Positions 40,401 through 53,600 of a stretch of 64,000 nucleotides of DNA are shown piece after piece. Below the pieces are notes generated by a model, which saw only the letters and a list, made by a program, of their open reading frames with translations, searched no databases and was not told the DNA's origin. Source of the DNA: a virus. Position 1 is the stretch's first letter, and the number at the start of each line of letters is the position of its first letter. Where the stretch lies: the IMG/VR virus record IMGVR_UViG_3300000285_000003, one strand, 5' to 3'. A program made the translations under genes and the position numbers.

Positions 40401-43400
40401 ACAGTATAACTGGAATTGTAGTCTAGTTACCTTTCTTCTCATCGAAGTTTGTATGCCATAAATATACAGTAGAACCTACTGATGTATTCTGTGTTCCAAC
40501 CCTAGCACTATTTAAAGTATGTATAGGACTATTTAAGCCATCAAGACTCATTACGTTCATATTACCTTTCTTGTCCTATTTTACTATACCAATCTATTTG
40601 CTCTTAAGGTCAATAGAATACGTATCATCAAGACTCATTATGTTTCCAACAACAGAATGTAAACCCTCTACTGTTGGAGAGTTTTCATTATAACCAACAA
40701 ATGCAGGATCATAAATAAGCGATCCATTTGTTCTTGTAGGTATAACTCTTAATGAGTAATTCTTATGCTTCTAGCAGAACTTCCATAAATCGACGAGATG
40801 CTGCTGATATCCCATTCTACTTTCGTCACCACCTTCATATATGTGCAATTCTATAGACTGTCCTTTGTATGTAATTCTTAAGTAAGGTCTATTGCTGTAC
40901 TCTGTAGCATTTCTGAATATAATCTCAAACTTACCGTTAGTAATAAAGTCTGGCTAATTACTCCACTCTACATAAGTCTTGTTTTCCTACATGGCTTTTA
41001 CTCCAGGTCTATGTAATGTTGTTCCAACGCCTTGACCAGAGATATAATTATTACCACCAGATTCATACCACATAAACTCCTGCTTATTAAGCTCTTCTGA
41101 TTCTCTAATTATGGAAGCGTCTGTGTCAATGTATGAGTCATCAAGTTGCTTTCCATACTTGTTAGCAAAGCCAGATATAAGCAATCTACCTCTATTAATA
41201 TTGTCCTAAAGGACAGGATTCATAGGGTTATCTGGATTCTGTTCAATATAATCTTGAGCATTATTAAGCAACATTCCGAAGTAGTTCTTAAGTAACCTCC
41301 AATACCAATCAGATTCAACTTCACCAAGATTCTGTTGGAATTTATTTCCATACAGTCTCATGTAATCTGTTATCTTCTGATTATAATCAAGTGTAAGATT
41401 ATCACTTCCATTTGTGATTGTGTTTCTACTATCTCTTGGAAGTACTACGTTGCCTTTTGCATACTTAGTAAACCACCAATCAAGTATTTCTTCGCTAGTG
41501 TCTCCCCATATAGATCTATTGTTATTAAACTTCATAATAACATTATCTATGAGGTCTCTCTCCTAAGAAACATTTACAGCCTAAGCTTCATTATCCTGCA
41601 ACAGATTATCAAGGGCTATTTCTGCTCTCATTAACTGTATAGACAAATCGTTTATAGCGTCTCTTTCTGGCTATGTAGTAGGTTTTACATCAGCTATTGT
41701 GCTAGATATTGAGTCAAGTGTATTGCAAGCATCTTCCAACTCGAGGACTAACTATGCTACAGTCTTTGGAAGATCATTATAGTCTGTTACGAGCGGATCC
41801 TGTGGAATTTCTTTCTAGTCGTTAAGATTGTTTAACTAGTCAGTAAGATCGTTGTATACCTAGTTTGTGTTCTGTATTATGTTACCAAGCTGCTTTATAG
41901 CGTCTTTTAACTAGTCTTCAGTTGCAAGCTTATCTATATCCAGTATATACTGTGATATACTCGTCTTATCAAATGGAGTTAACGACTAATCTGCAATCTT
42001 CTGTATAGCTGATTCAATATTGTCTATGTTAGACAGATTCTGTTTTACCTGCTGTACTAGCTTGTCTACATTTTGCTTAAGCTGCTCAGTCTGATCTGTC
42101 TTGTCATTTTTAAGATAATTCTAAACACTTCCAACACTAAGAACATTCTCTTCTGAATCAAGATTCTCAGCAACAGTGCCAGCCTATTCTTTAGATTTAC
42201 TAAGATATACATATGATAACATTCCGCTTAAATCTGGAATATCCATAGCATCTAATGGCATATCTTTAATATCATCAAGAAATGTCTTAAACGAATAATA
42301 TCCCTACTATGTACCATAGGCAACAAGTTTTGCAAGAGTTGATAAAAACTTAGGGCTTATACCAGAATAAGCTTCACCAGATCTAGCCCACTCCTTGATA
42401 GCAGCTTTCATCTTAGACTTGAGAAGTCGTTTCTTAGCCTCTATCTTAGCTCTTCTTTCATTTCTCTCTTGTCTTTGTTCAGAAAGATTATTAAGCCTTT
42501 CAAAGGAATCTGCTAATTCGTCATCAGGTTTAGATTTATCTACAATTGCTCTATTAGGTTCCAATCCTGCATTAAGAAGCTAATCATTGATATAATCTTC
42601 GATTATTCTAGCATTGTCTTCATTTCTGGTAATAATGTTCTTATATCTCTTAGAAGACTATAGCCATCTATTTATTTTATCATAGCTTCTACCTCTAAGG
42701 ATCATGTCATCAATCTTGCCCTTGAGTTTTCCTACGGAGCCAAGCTTGTCTTCTTTTATCTTGAGTTCAAGATCATCATGAACATAAGGTCTATCTGTAT
42801 TCTCAAAAGTATTATTTTCTACAGAATAATTGTTTTCCGGAGTATATACTTTATTTTCCTACTTTGTAAGAGATTCTACATGAGACTATGTATCTTTGTG
42901 CTCTGTATTTATTTCTCCAGTAGAAGTATTGTCCTGGTTCCACTTTTGTCCATAAGGATCATTAATAGCATCTGCTAAAGCCCAATCTATTGCCTTATTT
43001 CTCTCTGTGGTAGCCATGACGTCGTCTATGAACTTACTGAATTTAGTGTTACCATTTCCTTCAGCTTTTAGACCATCGGAGAACATCTTCTATCTATCCG
43101 CTATAAGATTTGCGTCTGCATTAAGAAGAGCTCTTACTCTTGTATTCTCCTCTATGTCATCAGAGAACTACTCAATAGCTCCCATGGCGTCAAGCTTATC
43201 CATTACTTGTGCATCATTAAGGCCATCAAGATTGATACCAGACAGCTCAGACAGTCTCTGAGAGATAATCTTTATATCACTATCTATAGACTTGTGTATT
43301 TTAGCAGCATCTTCTCTTATAGTATGCAATCCAAACTTATCTCTAAGCATATTGAAAAATCCGTCAGAAGTCTTGCAATCTGATCTAAGCTTAAGCAAGC

Positions 43401-46400
43401 CTCTAAGCTATCCTACAAGTATAGTTCTTTGACGAAGATCCTCAACGTTGCTTATTCCGGTAGGACCTGTCATTCTATTGAGCTTATCCTATTCAGACTG
43501 TGCTGATATCAAATCTACTTCCTAGCCTAATTCCTCAAGAGACTAAGCATTCTGCTCTGCTTCTTGTCTAGCCTTATCAGCTCTCTGCTAAGCAAGACTC
43601 TCTATAGATGATCCACTCTATCTTCTTCTTAATTCCTCATCAATAGCTTGATTAAGCTGTACCGAATGTATAATCTAATTATATTCATCTATAGCCTTCT
43701 GTCTCTAATCTCTGTTCTCGTCAGAATTCTAACCAGTCTAATATACAGATGCTACAGCTGCAGCATATTTATCTGTACCATATTGTATGCCATGCTTCTC
43801 CATTATAGCCTTAGTAGTAGGGCTTAATGTCATTCTCATTATGTCCTATGCCGCTTTTATTGAGGAGTCCCACTCATCGCTTGAGTAAGTATGCTCCTTT
43901 CTTCTAGCGTCCTCCTATTTAAGCTATTGCATAGTATTTAAGATCTACTCCATATTAGATCTACCTTTCATGGCTTCTTTTGCAAACAGCTGTCCCTAAG
44001 CTCGTTCATTTTGCATCATTATACGATTGGTAATACCGGCATTAAGTATTGCCTAATCTGCTGATATCTGACGTACAAGTCCAGGTATTTCCGATACAGC
44101 TCTCATCGCAACGGTATGACCGCCTCCAAGAGCAAATCCTCCTTTATAATTCTACCAGAACTCTTCATTGTCAAGGAGATCGCTATCTCCTATTCCTAAT
44201 TCAGCTAATATGGCGGCCTGTGTTCTTGAGCCTGCGCTATATTCATTTGCAAACAAACTACCTAGGCTAGGAAGCTCTCCAAGGCCCATCTGCTGCCTTT
44301 TAGCCTGCTCTGCATTAACATACTGTCTGGCTTCTTCTGCAGCCTCAGAGGCTGAAGAAACAGCCCAAACCTTACCCATTTTTAAGCCGTATGCAGAAAG
44401 TCTTCTTGCTGTCAATGGTATCTTATCCAAGATGTCTTGATAGTACTATCCTGCTCTATGTGTAGCAAGTCTAATAAATGCCTAACCTCTGGTTGGTAAA
44501 GCTTTTTTAGCCTAATCTAATACAGCCTTTCCAATACCTGTCATAGTACCATACACATACTAACCGGTCATACCATGTCCTAATACTGTAGCAGTCTGTT
44601 CTCCTAATCCAAATCCGCCTCTAAAGCTATCTGTGAACTCCTTTCTAAGAGTTGCGTATCTACTACCGTTTACGGCGTCTTTAGCTGCTTCTGCAGCAGC
44701 ATTTGTAGCTGCTCCTTCAACTGTATGCTCTATAGCGCCCGTAGCAGAATTAGCTGCACGTTTAATAGTTTTATTCGCAATCCAGTTTATGGTTCCTTTT
44801 CCAGCTTTGTATAGCTCTCTTCCAAATATACCAACCTGTAAACCCTTCTGTACCATAAGATCTGATCCTGTTGTTATGTTATCTTTCTGGAAAAGGGCAT
44901 TACTTCCAGCAAGTGCTCTAAGCTCAGCCTTTCTGTATTCTGGATGGTTAGAAGTTATAATGCCGGATAATGCACTGCGAAGTATCTCGTCATCGCTTTC
45001 TGTATCTGGATTCATGTTCAGTTTCGGATATGCCTATTTAGCCTTTTCTCTCAAGTCTTTTATTATATCCTGGTACTGTTTCTTGCCACCAGACATTAAG
45101 TTTGATTTAAGCTTATCAACATTAGCATCGCTAACTTCGCCCCTATTCTCAAACTTCATGTTCTCTATATCAAGACCTGTGGCAGTAGTCGCTACCTATG
45201 AGCCAATGTTTAACAAGGCTTGTCCTTTTGGTCCTAAGAACGCACCACCAATAGCAGCTCCAGTATTCAATGCCATAGCTATTCTTCCGGCAGTAGAAGC
45301 GTTAGAAGCAGCTATCTGAGAAGGCATTTCGTACTGCCAGTATTCTGGTGAGAATACACTAGCATTAGCGTATCTCTACTTTTTCTTATTGTAATCGTCG
45401 CTAATTGGGAACCACTTCTCGTCAGCCTGTCTGTACCTTACATGCTTTTCATAATCCTCTTGAGCTCCCTTTATTTCAGCATTAAGCTGAGTCTGGAAAT
45501 CTGTATAGTCATCAATCTGTGCTCTAAGTGAGTCTTTTAAAGGTAAGCCCTAGAATCTCTTTCTGTTGTTATCTATATTCTTGTCATATATATACTAGTG
45601 TGCAGCCTAAGAGAACTTTTCTTTATCATTCATCTTAAGTGTTTTATAATCCTAGTTGTTATGCGCACCATAAGCATTAGATGTATTAAGATAAGCTCCA
45701 GCCTTACCTAATACGTCTAAAAGGAATCCACCTGCACCAGCTAATCCCTCTTTGACTGAGTTCCATACATTATCCATGTCGTGCTGAGCTCGGAGCTGTT
45801 CAGCTCTCTGCTCATACACTTCACCATTGTTTATCTGTTTATCAAGCTATTTAATCTGACTATTTATTCTAATAATGTTCTATTTATCTCTATTTGATAA
45901 GTTAGCCCTATTATTAGAGTAGTCTTGTAATTGCTGCTAAAGTTGTAATCTCTACAACTTTAACTCTTTATTCTTCTTAGCTAAATCAACTGTTGCCGAA
46001 GTTTCCTTATTCAGCATTACTTTACCAGAAGCGTTACTCGCCCTTACCTGATCAGTAGATCTGAATATATCTCCAAGCATTTCCTTGCCTATCGCTGTAA
46101 AATCAAATCCAGGATTCTAAGGTCTAAACAATGGGCGCTCCATAGCAAGCTCATCGTTCACTTCCTTAGCCTTTTTTAATTTATTGTACGTATCAGATAG
46201 GTTTCTAGTTTCACGCTCCTCTCTATTAAGCGATTTGGATACATTTACATAATCTTTGTATCCATTATTTACAACTCGTTGAACAGGAGATGTGCTCTGA
46301 TATCTAGCTAAGTTGCTTCTAAATCTATTTGTAACCCTACTGTACGGCGTACTATTATTACGTCTTATGTACCCGATAGGATCATAAGTACTGCCTTCGG

Positions 46401-46449
46401 ATCCCCATGGGATTATACTAGGACTTACGTTCCTTGTTCTGTTTGCCAT
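28453..46449 (-). CDS. giant multidomain virion protein, 5,998 codons if all TAG are read through (RNAP-type DFDID motif, HExxH, SF1 helicase, NADAR-like domain)
   Basis: A frame-1 triplet scan of every sequence line found no TAA/TGA between 28456 and 46458, with about 166 in-frame TAG. ATG at 46447-46449 and TAA at 28453-28455. Twenty track ORFs (28513...46449) all sit in this one frame. Whether this is one polypeptide or several cannot be decided from sequence. Confidence 0.75.
28530..29010 (-). other. NADAR (YbiA/DUF1768)-like domain at the C-terminus of the giant protein
   Basis: Translation reads NIYAGTGENADLSNFAIRPFTHHFNDGSVKDF-Q-SVE-Q-AF-Q-YIKA ... FEQNPQALQILLSTGNATLTH...WGKEFPKLLMEVREEL. 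This follows the LSNF / xVEhxFQxxK / Tg...L.E / WG...LG.iLm.vR pattern of the family. Three of the Q residues are TAG. Confidence 0.6.
30700..32060 (-). other. RecD/Dda-like SF1 helicase domain inside the giant protein
   Basis: The Q-motif region is YNKE-Q-QSAI. Walker A EGKAGTGKTT at 31951-31977 and Walker B LLVIDEASM at 31696-31722. Motif V is AITAHKS-Q-GSTYD, with the Q encoded by TAG 30811-30813. Confidence 0.8.
34654..34668 (-). other. DxDxD metal-binding signature (DFDID) of a double-psi-beta-barrel RNA polymerase-like domain
   Basis: The context is KVTGSDFDIDKLYLAS. It is analogous to NADFDGD of beta-prime. As far as I recall, it also matches the catalytic motif of the virion RNAP of crAss-like phages. 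Confidence 0.55.
39463..39477 (-). other. HExxH zincin metallopeptidase signature (HEAFH) inside the giant protein
   Basis: The context is VVDGVQYHEAFHRVLELLLRP. Confidence 0.45.
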
Positions 46450-46454
46450 AATTA

Positions 46455-48248
46455 TTATTTATAATACTGATTGTAACTCTTGTTTATATTTGTCCATTTT
46501 GAAGAATGGGTAGAAGTATCGTAACTATCTATTGTTACATTTCCACCATTATCATACCATTCTGTTCCAGGCATAACTTTTCCTCTATTTACAACCTTCT
46601 TTGTAGTCTTTCCATTCTTATTTTTCTGTGTAGTATAGCTCTTCTTTGTGAAAGATACGTCTCCTGCAGGTAATTCTTGATAAGCTGAATAATGGCCTCT
46701 TTGTTTCTTTAGAGATTTAATTAATGCCTTTCCTTCATCGGTGTCTTCAACTTCTTTGCCTGTAGTTATATTCGTCCACTTACCATCTACCATTTTATAC
46801 TTATTGCCACTATTATCTCTAGATGTGCCATCAGTTGTATATACTGTAACTTTCTGATACAAGTGCATTCTTCCATCTCTTCCAACAATTGCTATACCAT
46901 TTCTAGATGATTCATCAGGGGTCACTCCAAGAATATTGTTCTTCTTATACAATTTATCTGTATAGGTTCTATATACGTTTTTTCCGGTTTTAATAGAAGA
47001 AGCTTTGATTCTAAGCTCACCTTCGGTAAGTATCTTTCCTTTGACTTCGTTAGCATTGTATGCGTATCCGAATGTAGGATTAAGCTTGTTCTTCTGTACA
47101 CCAGTCCAAGCAGAATATCCTCCTCTAGGTAAATCGAATGAAACATCATTTAGATTAAAGCCCTTATTAGAGAATGCTTTTCCTTGTGCTCTAGATAAAT
47201 ATCCTAAGTTATTGCCATAATTCTTTTCTCCAAAAGTATGAGTAGCAAAATAATTCTAAAGCGTAGACGAAGCTTGAGTCATAACATCTGCAACAAGATT
47301 GTAATCATATTTGCTGCCTTCTCCATTTCCTTTAGCTGCCTATTCAGCAATTTTATTAGCACTCTTTTGCTCAGGCTCTTGCGTATCCCATTCATGCTGC
47401 TGTTTTGCCATTTCTCTCTAGAATTCTCTCTGTTTAGCAGCTTCATTAGCCTAGAACTACTGGTCATTGAGATGAACTTTTACCTGATCAGCTCGTCTAT
47501 CTACCTGAGTATACTCTCTGTTACGATTAATAATATCAGCCTTAAGGGCATCTATATCACCTCCATACATGTTGAGATAGTATCTGCCAAGATCAGATTT
47601 TGTCATATCCTTTATATTCGCATCAAGAATCTACTACATCTTCTTAGGAGACTTTGAATATACCTAATACAGTCCTCCAGCTTGTTTTGTTAGCTCTGGA
47701 TCGTATTCTAGCTACATGTTGTCAAACAGATTGCTTGTCCAATCTTTTAAGCTAGAATATTTAGAAGGAGCTTCTCTAGTCCACATTCCATCTGTAGCTG
47801 GATCCCAAGTTTCAAGAGTCTTACCTCCAAGTGCAAACTTCTCAAAGTCTGGATCATATGTACCATTGCGCATAGCCTCTGCCCTATATCTCTAATAAGT
47901 CTTCATTGACTCATTCTGAGCTTTAAGGTTAGCTATTTCTGCATATGGTCTCTCTCTAATAATCTTGGCTATATACGCTCTTCCTTCTGCTGATCTAAGA
48001 GGATCTATTCCGTTCTAATAGAGATAATCTAATCCTTTATTAACAGCCCCCCTTGTGATATCGTAAAACTCTTTATTTACATTAGCATTAGGCCCATATA
48101 GCTCACCGAATTCCTTAGCGAACTCCTTCTAGTCCTATACTGCCTAATTGTATTGTTCTCTTGCAGCACTGATGTACTATGACATCATGCTACTATCCAG
48201 TAGGTCGATTATGGGCACAGCTACTGGTTCGTCATACATTCCTATCAT
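46455..48248 (-). CDS. late/virion hypothetical protein (597 aa, TAG=Gln)
   Basis: Frame 0 is open from TAA 46455-46457 up to TAA 48273. ATG at 48246-48248 shares an ATGA with the upstream gene's stop. About 15 in-frame TAG. Track ORF 46455-46952 is only its C-terminal quarter. Confidence 0.7.
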
Positions 48249-49840
48249 TTTCTTAATCTTAAGCTAGTTATATTATATGGGTTATAATCAAATGTACTTC
48301 CAGCCCATGTTGGTAAGAATAATCCATTAGGACCAAATCCGCCAGTATAATCGCTAGAGAAATTAATTCTCTCATACGGTGTACCAAAAGCACCTCTCTA
48401 ATACTATTCTTTTGATTTCGCCCAATTTCTTGTATACTTTGCAGAATCAGCAACCTTGTCAGGATCTATATACCAGTACTTGCCGTATGGCGCTTTTAAA
48501 TTATTTAAAGAATAATCATCATATTTTAAATCAAGTACTCCTCTGTTTATTCCTGTACCCTAATAAGGTATATTAGGTGATACAGAAAATAACTAATACT
48601 GACTAGGAGTCCAGCCTGGAGCTATGTTTCTATAATTAATAGAAGATGATCCAGATGCATTACTTGCTTTATTTATAGATACACTTGCTGCTGTATCTTT
48701 TGAACCATCTGCACCTATACCGTATATTGTTTTTAATGCTTCTTTCTTGTTGTCTACATCCTACTGATATATATCAAGAATATCGCCATACTGCTTGTTT
48801 TTAATGCGTTGTGACAACCATTTCTGACCAATAAGACCAAGATTAGATAAGTGTGTTTCTATACCCTTAGTCTTAGCACCGTGTGCTCTATTGTAAGCCT
48901 CCCATCCATATTGGTTAGACTGCTGTAATCTCTGTGCATCACTATCACCAAGTCTGGCAGCCATCTCAGCATAAGCATTTCTATATGCAGCATTCTTTTC
49001 CTGTACATTCATGAGTGCATCAGCAACATTTCTCTAATTTCCTAAAGCTAAAGCTACTCTATTAGCCTATCTCTGACCACCTGTATAACCACCAGAATTA
49101 GCAAGCTAATAAGCAGCCTGTCTATCTTGTGCATATAGCTTTTCGAGAATAGGATTAGCTGATACTCTATTACCAGCCATTGTCTGTAAAGCTATTGGTG
49201 CATATTTATTAGCTGCATATATATTTGGCATTACAGGATTTTCTCTACGCCAATGATTAAGCATCTATGTTTCAAGCAGTGCTGGTAAAGCATAACCTGT
49301 ATCAATCATAAGATTTGATACCTTTCCTTTTCCACCTGTTGTGTAGGATTTCCAGAAACTTTTTCCTTTATCAAATCTATCTTTCCCGCAATTATGTTTA
49401 ATCTAAGCTGCGTAATCTTCGATCTAATGCTATTTCTCTTGTCTGTCTGTAATATTCTTCATAGCTTGCAAAATAGGGGCCTTAGCGCGATCTAATTGAT
49501 TTTTCTGAAGCTCAATCGTCTACTTTGATAAAGAGCTAAGATCGGATTTCTTACCTGCTCTTTTTTCAATATCATTATACATCTAAAGCTTAGCTGTCAA
49601 CGGGGCTACTTGGTCAGAAAACTTCATTCCATTGCTCCAGTCTATATCGTTACCAGCTATAACATTATTATCATCTCTTCTAACAGAGCTAGGCTAATTA
49701 TCAACCCCAACCTTACCCTTCGTTACAAGAGTGCCGGTACCATTTGTATAATCTATAATAGACTCTCCTTTACCGACCAAACTATTAACCGGACCAGCCT
49801 AATAACCATTAGGTGTCCATACTTTATTTCCCTTTAACAT
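48245..49840 (-). CDS. late/virion hypothetical protein (531 aa, TAG=Gln)
   Basis: Frame 2 is open from TGA 48245-48247 to TAA 49853. ATG at 49838-49840. About 16 in-frame TAG. Contains track ORF 48761-49012. Confidence 0.7.
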
Positions 49841-50612
49841 ATCTTGGTTTTCTTAAATCTTTTCCTCGGTTAGCATATAATACATCATCATACGTGTTAC
49901 CATTATCTAAATAATATTGCTATGTAAGGCCTTCTGTTGCAGCTGACGATTGATTAACCTAGTTGATAAGATTAACTTTCTATTGTGCGTTAAATATCTT
50001 TCTACGCTATCTTTCTCTAGCTTTTTTACTTCTAAACAAGCCTCCGAATAATCCTGTGATAGCTCCAACTGCTCCTCCTATAAGTGTACCGACACCAGGT
50101 ATAGCTGAACCTATAGAGGCTCCAGCAGCGGCTCCAGATCCAACCATTCCTAACGTCGCATTTTTATTTGACTTAGATATATCATCCATAGCTTTCTGTC
50201 TGTTGATATCATTCTGTGCTTGGTAATTTACACCGAATGCCTAATCTGTTCTTTGTCCAGAATAAGCCATAAGTTCATCCGTTCCCTTTACTGCGTTCTG
50301 CATGGAATTATATCCTTGTATCATTCCTATTGTTCCATTAACAGCTCCTGTTACAGTACTAGAGCTTATTCCGACTCCTCCTGCTGTCTAAACTACGCCT
50401 TTTGGGTTCCATTTTGAAGCTGGTGTTTGCCCAATATTAAATGACGCGCTAGAACTTCCTACTCCAGCTATAGCTGATCCAGCAGGAGCGTTACCGCCAA
50501 TCATGCTTGCAAGATCATTAGCTTGATACTATTGTCCAAAACCAACTTTTGAATCTATACCATTATTGAATTTTGATATATTATTTATCTTTTTTCTCTA
50601 CTTTAACTCCAT
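49824..50612 (-). CDS. glycine-zipper membrane-like late protein (262 aa, TAG=Gln)
   Basis: Frame 0, from ATG 50610-50612 to TAA 49824-49826, with about 8 in-frame TAG. Gly/Ala-rich hydrophobic segment GSGAAAGASIGSAIPGVGTLIGGAVGAITGLFGGLF. Confidence 0.6.
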
Positions 50613-53600
50613 GACTATCTATATTTTGTTATTATATATTGTATTGCCATAGCTGGATTTGGTTTAATATCTTCTATACTGCAAATCATGACCTTACCTC
50701 TAGCTCTATTGCCAAATAATCCATCAGCCCTAGGTATGACAAATCTATGATTATTTTCTCTAAGTGTTATCTGTTCTTCTAGACTAGACTCTATTTTCTA
50801 AGATTCTGTCTACCATGTATATTTATGATTTTTTGAGAAGTAGTCATCCTAGTCGTATATAACATCCTGTAACTATAGATTTTCGTATGTAACAATTTCT
50901 TGATTGTCAAACACCTTTGTAACCAATGGCTATTGAGCAACAACATATTTAACGTAACTTGAAAGTAACTACTGATTTGTTGATTTAGGCGATTCGTCTA
51001 GATAATCGTACTAATACACACATACAGTATCATTCTTCTTTACAAGGTATTCTCCATTAAAGAACTATATAGCTCCATCAAACGGAATAGTTAGTGTTGA
51101 CGTGAATTTTCCAATCATTTCATTGTATACGATTTGCATATCATCGCTTAAAATATTGAATACAACTTCATTGTATTTATTGTTGTAGAATACCTTAAAG
51201 TTATCGTTCTTTTTATACTTGTTCAGTATATTCTATACTTTACCTTGTTTTGAAAGCTATACTACACTCTATCCGTCGAATAAGCAGATTACATTATTAT
51301 GACTATCAAACCAATATAAACCACCTGTAGTACATACTGAACAGAATTGCTGCTTGTGTATTCCATAAGTATTGCTGTAGTAGTCATATCTATCAAGTAC
51401 TCCTCCAGTTCCTAATACTATATTTTGTCCAGAATTATCTGTAGCAACACTACGGTCATTAACACTGAGTACACCAAATGATTGCTCCTAGAAAAATGTA
51501 AGAACATTCTTAAATGTACATATATCAGTTATAGGGCCATATTCCTAATCTACGTCTATAAAGTTAGAGCTTCTAAATTTACACCAGCTATCTATAATTT
51601 CATCATTCTGTTTTAAATCAGAATAATATACTCTTGTATCTATAGTTTTATTATAATCTTGTGGATTAAGATCATCGTACGCAGCAAACGGCATACTTGT
51701 ATTCTATATACTGTAGACAGAATTATAAACGTATTCAGGCTCTTTCTGTACGTAAGCTTCTGTTATTTCACACGGTTCAGACTGTATAAAAGATGCGTAA
51801 TTGTCTCTTGCGTTAGAACTAAGTGTCAATCCATGTTGAAATTTGCACCATATATTTGATTCTGTTGGTATAGAGTATGTTATCATATGAGTATTAGGGA
51901 ATTGTAATTCATCCTTTCCGTTCTTTGTATAAGCTCCATACACTTTATGCATAGATGTATATTCGAATGTCTCTACGTGACAATCTCCATCAAATACTGT
52001 ATTCCATTTATTTTCAGACTCAAAGTAATTACCATCTCCGTAATATATATTCGTAAGTCTATTTGTAAACGAATACCCACCATAAGGAGTTGTTTGCTAT
52101 CTAAGATTGGTTAGGTATGTTCCAAGTAGAGTTGGCCTAATTACTTTTGTGATCATACCAAAATCACTAGATTCTGTCTAATATGGCTCTTCTTCTAGAC
52201 TATCATAATAATTACCATTCTTAGGATAATAATAAGAAAATGCACCAGCTGTACCAGTTTCTTTATACTAACAACTTAACAATAAGCACTTTCCACCAGT
52301 TCCAAAACATACATTTTTATTGAACTTTGCATCAGTTCCATCGCCTTTAAATCCTCCACTATAATTACCAAACGATTCAAATATATTACCATTAGTATCA
52401 TTGCAAATTCCTCCGGTAATCATATTTGTAAATAGCGCTCCACCGGCAGAAATAGCATAATTAGTGTACGTTTTTGATGAGGCCTATTCGTTATTATCTT
52501 TGTTAAAGTTTCTTTTGAACGCCTAATCCCATTTTATTTGATCAACTAACTAAAAGTCCTATATATAATTTATCTAAGATTTTCCAAACCAATCATCATT
52601 AGATGCAAAATTACCATCAAAAAAATCCTATACACCAGCACTCTGTTCGTACAATTTTATATAAGCAAAGGCCTTCTGTATTATGAATTTGCCAGATTTT
52701 TCCTTTCTTTTATTAGCAGACTAGTCATCATTATTATATAGTCTATCAAAATTTAAAATGCAATCTTTTATTAATGCATAAGAATATGGCCTATCATATC
52801 CAAGACCACCAATAGAAGCGTAATCGGCCTCGAAACCAATATATGTTATACCTTTATTTTTATACGACTAAGGATTAATCCTGTAAAAATAACTTGTGTT
52901 ATATGGTGCATCTAAATAGCATATTGGACTATTTTTTGAAATCTTATTTATAACATCTATATCATTAACATGGAAAGTCCCCCTTGCATCACCATCATCG
53001 TTTGGTCCAGTAAATAATTCTACAGCACAGTTTGAAATACATGGTATTACAAACTTAAAATTTCTCCTATTGTTATGACCAATCAACATTCCATACTCTG
53101 TATTTGTATATCCATTCTTAGGAGAATCATACTAGTCGTCATTAAATTTATGGTCACCTCTTGCTCCAAATAAAAAAGACTATTTTTGCAAATAATATTT
53201 TTTGTCTTTTATAAATTGTTTAAATGATTCTGGTTGATAACAAACTTCCTTTGAAACAAATTGCAATAATTTGTCATTATCTATGTTTGTCATACATTGT
53301 GATGCTAAATCATCTCCTTTCCAAACAAGCTAATTATGTACATTGTATCCTTCTATAAACTTATTTGTTGTTAAAAACCCTGTTGGGCAAAACATATGAT
53401 ACTTAGTTACATAATATTCATTATTTTTCCCCTCATACTGTCTACTATAAGCATTAGATACAGGAGAACTAAGTACACCTTGTGATATTGTAGCGATATC
53501 AGATTCATGTCTAGCACATCTAACTATTTGATAACCAGTACAGCCTTCTGGTAAACTTTTTACCATAAACTGTATTCCAAGATTTCTGATAACTAGTTCG

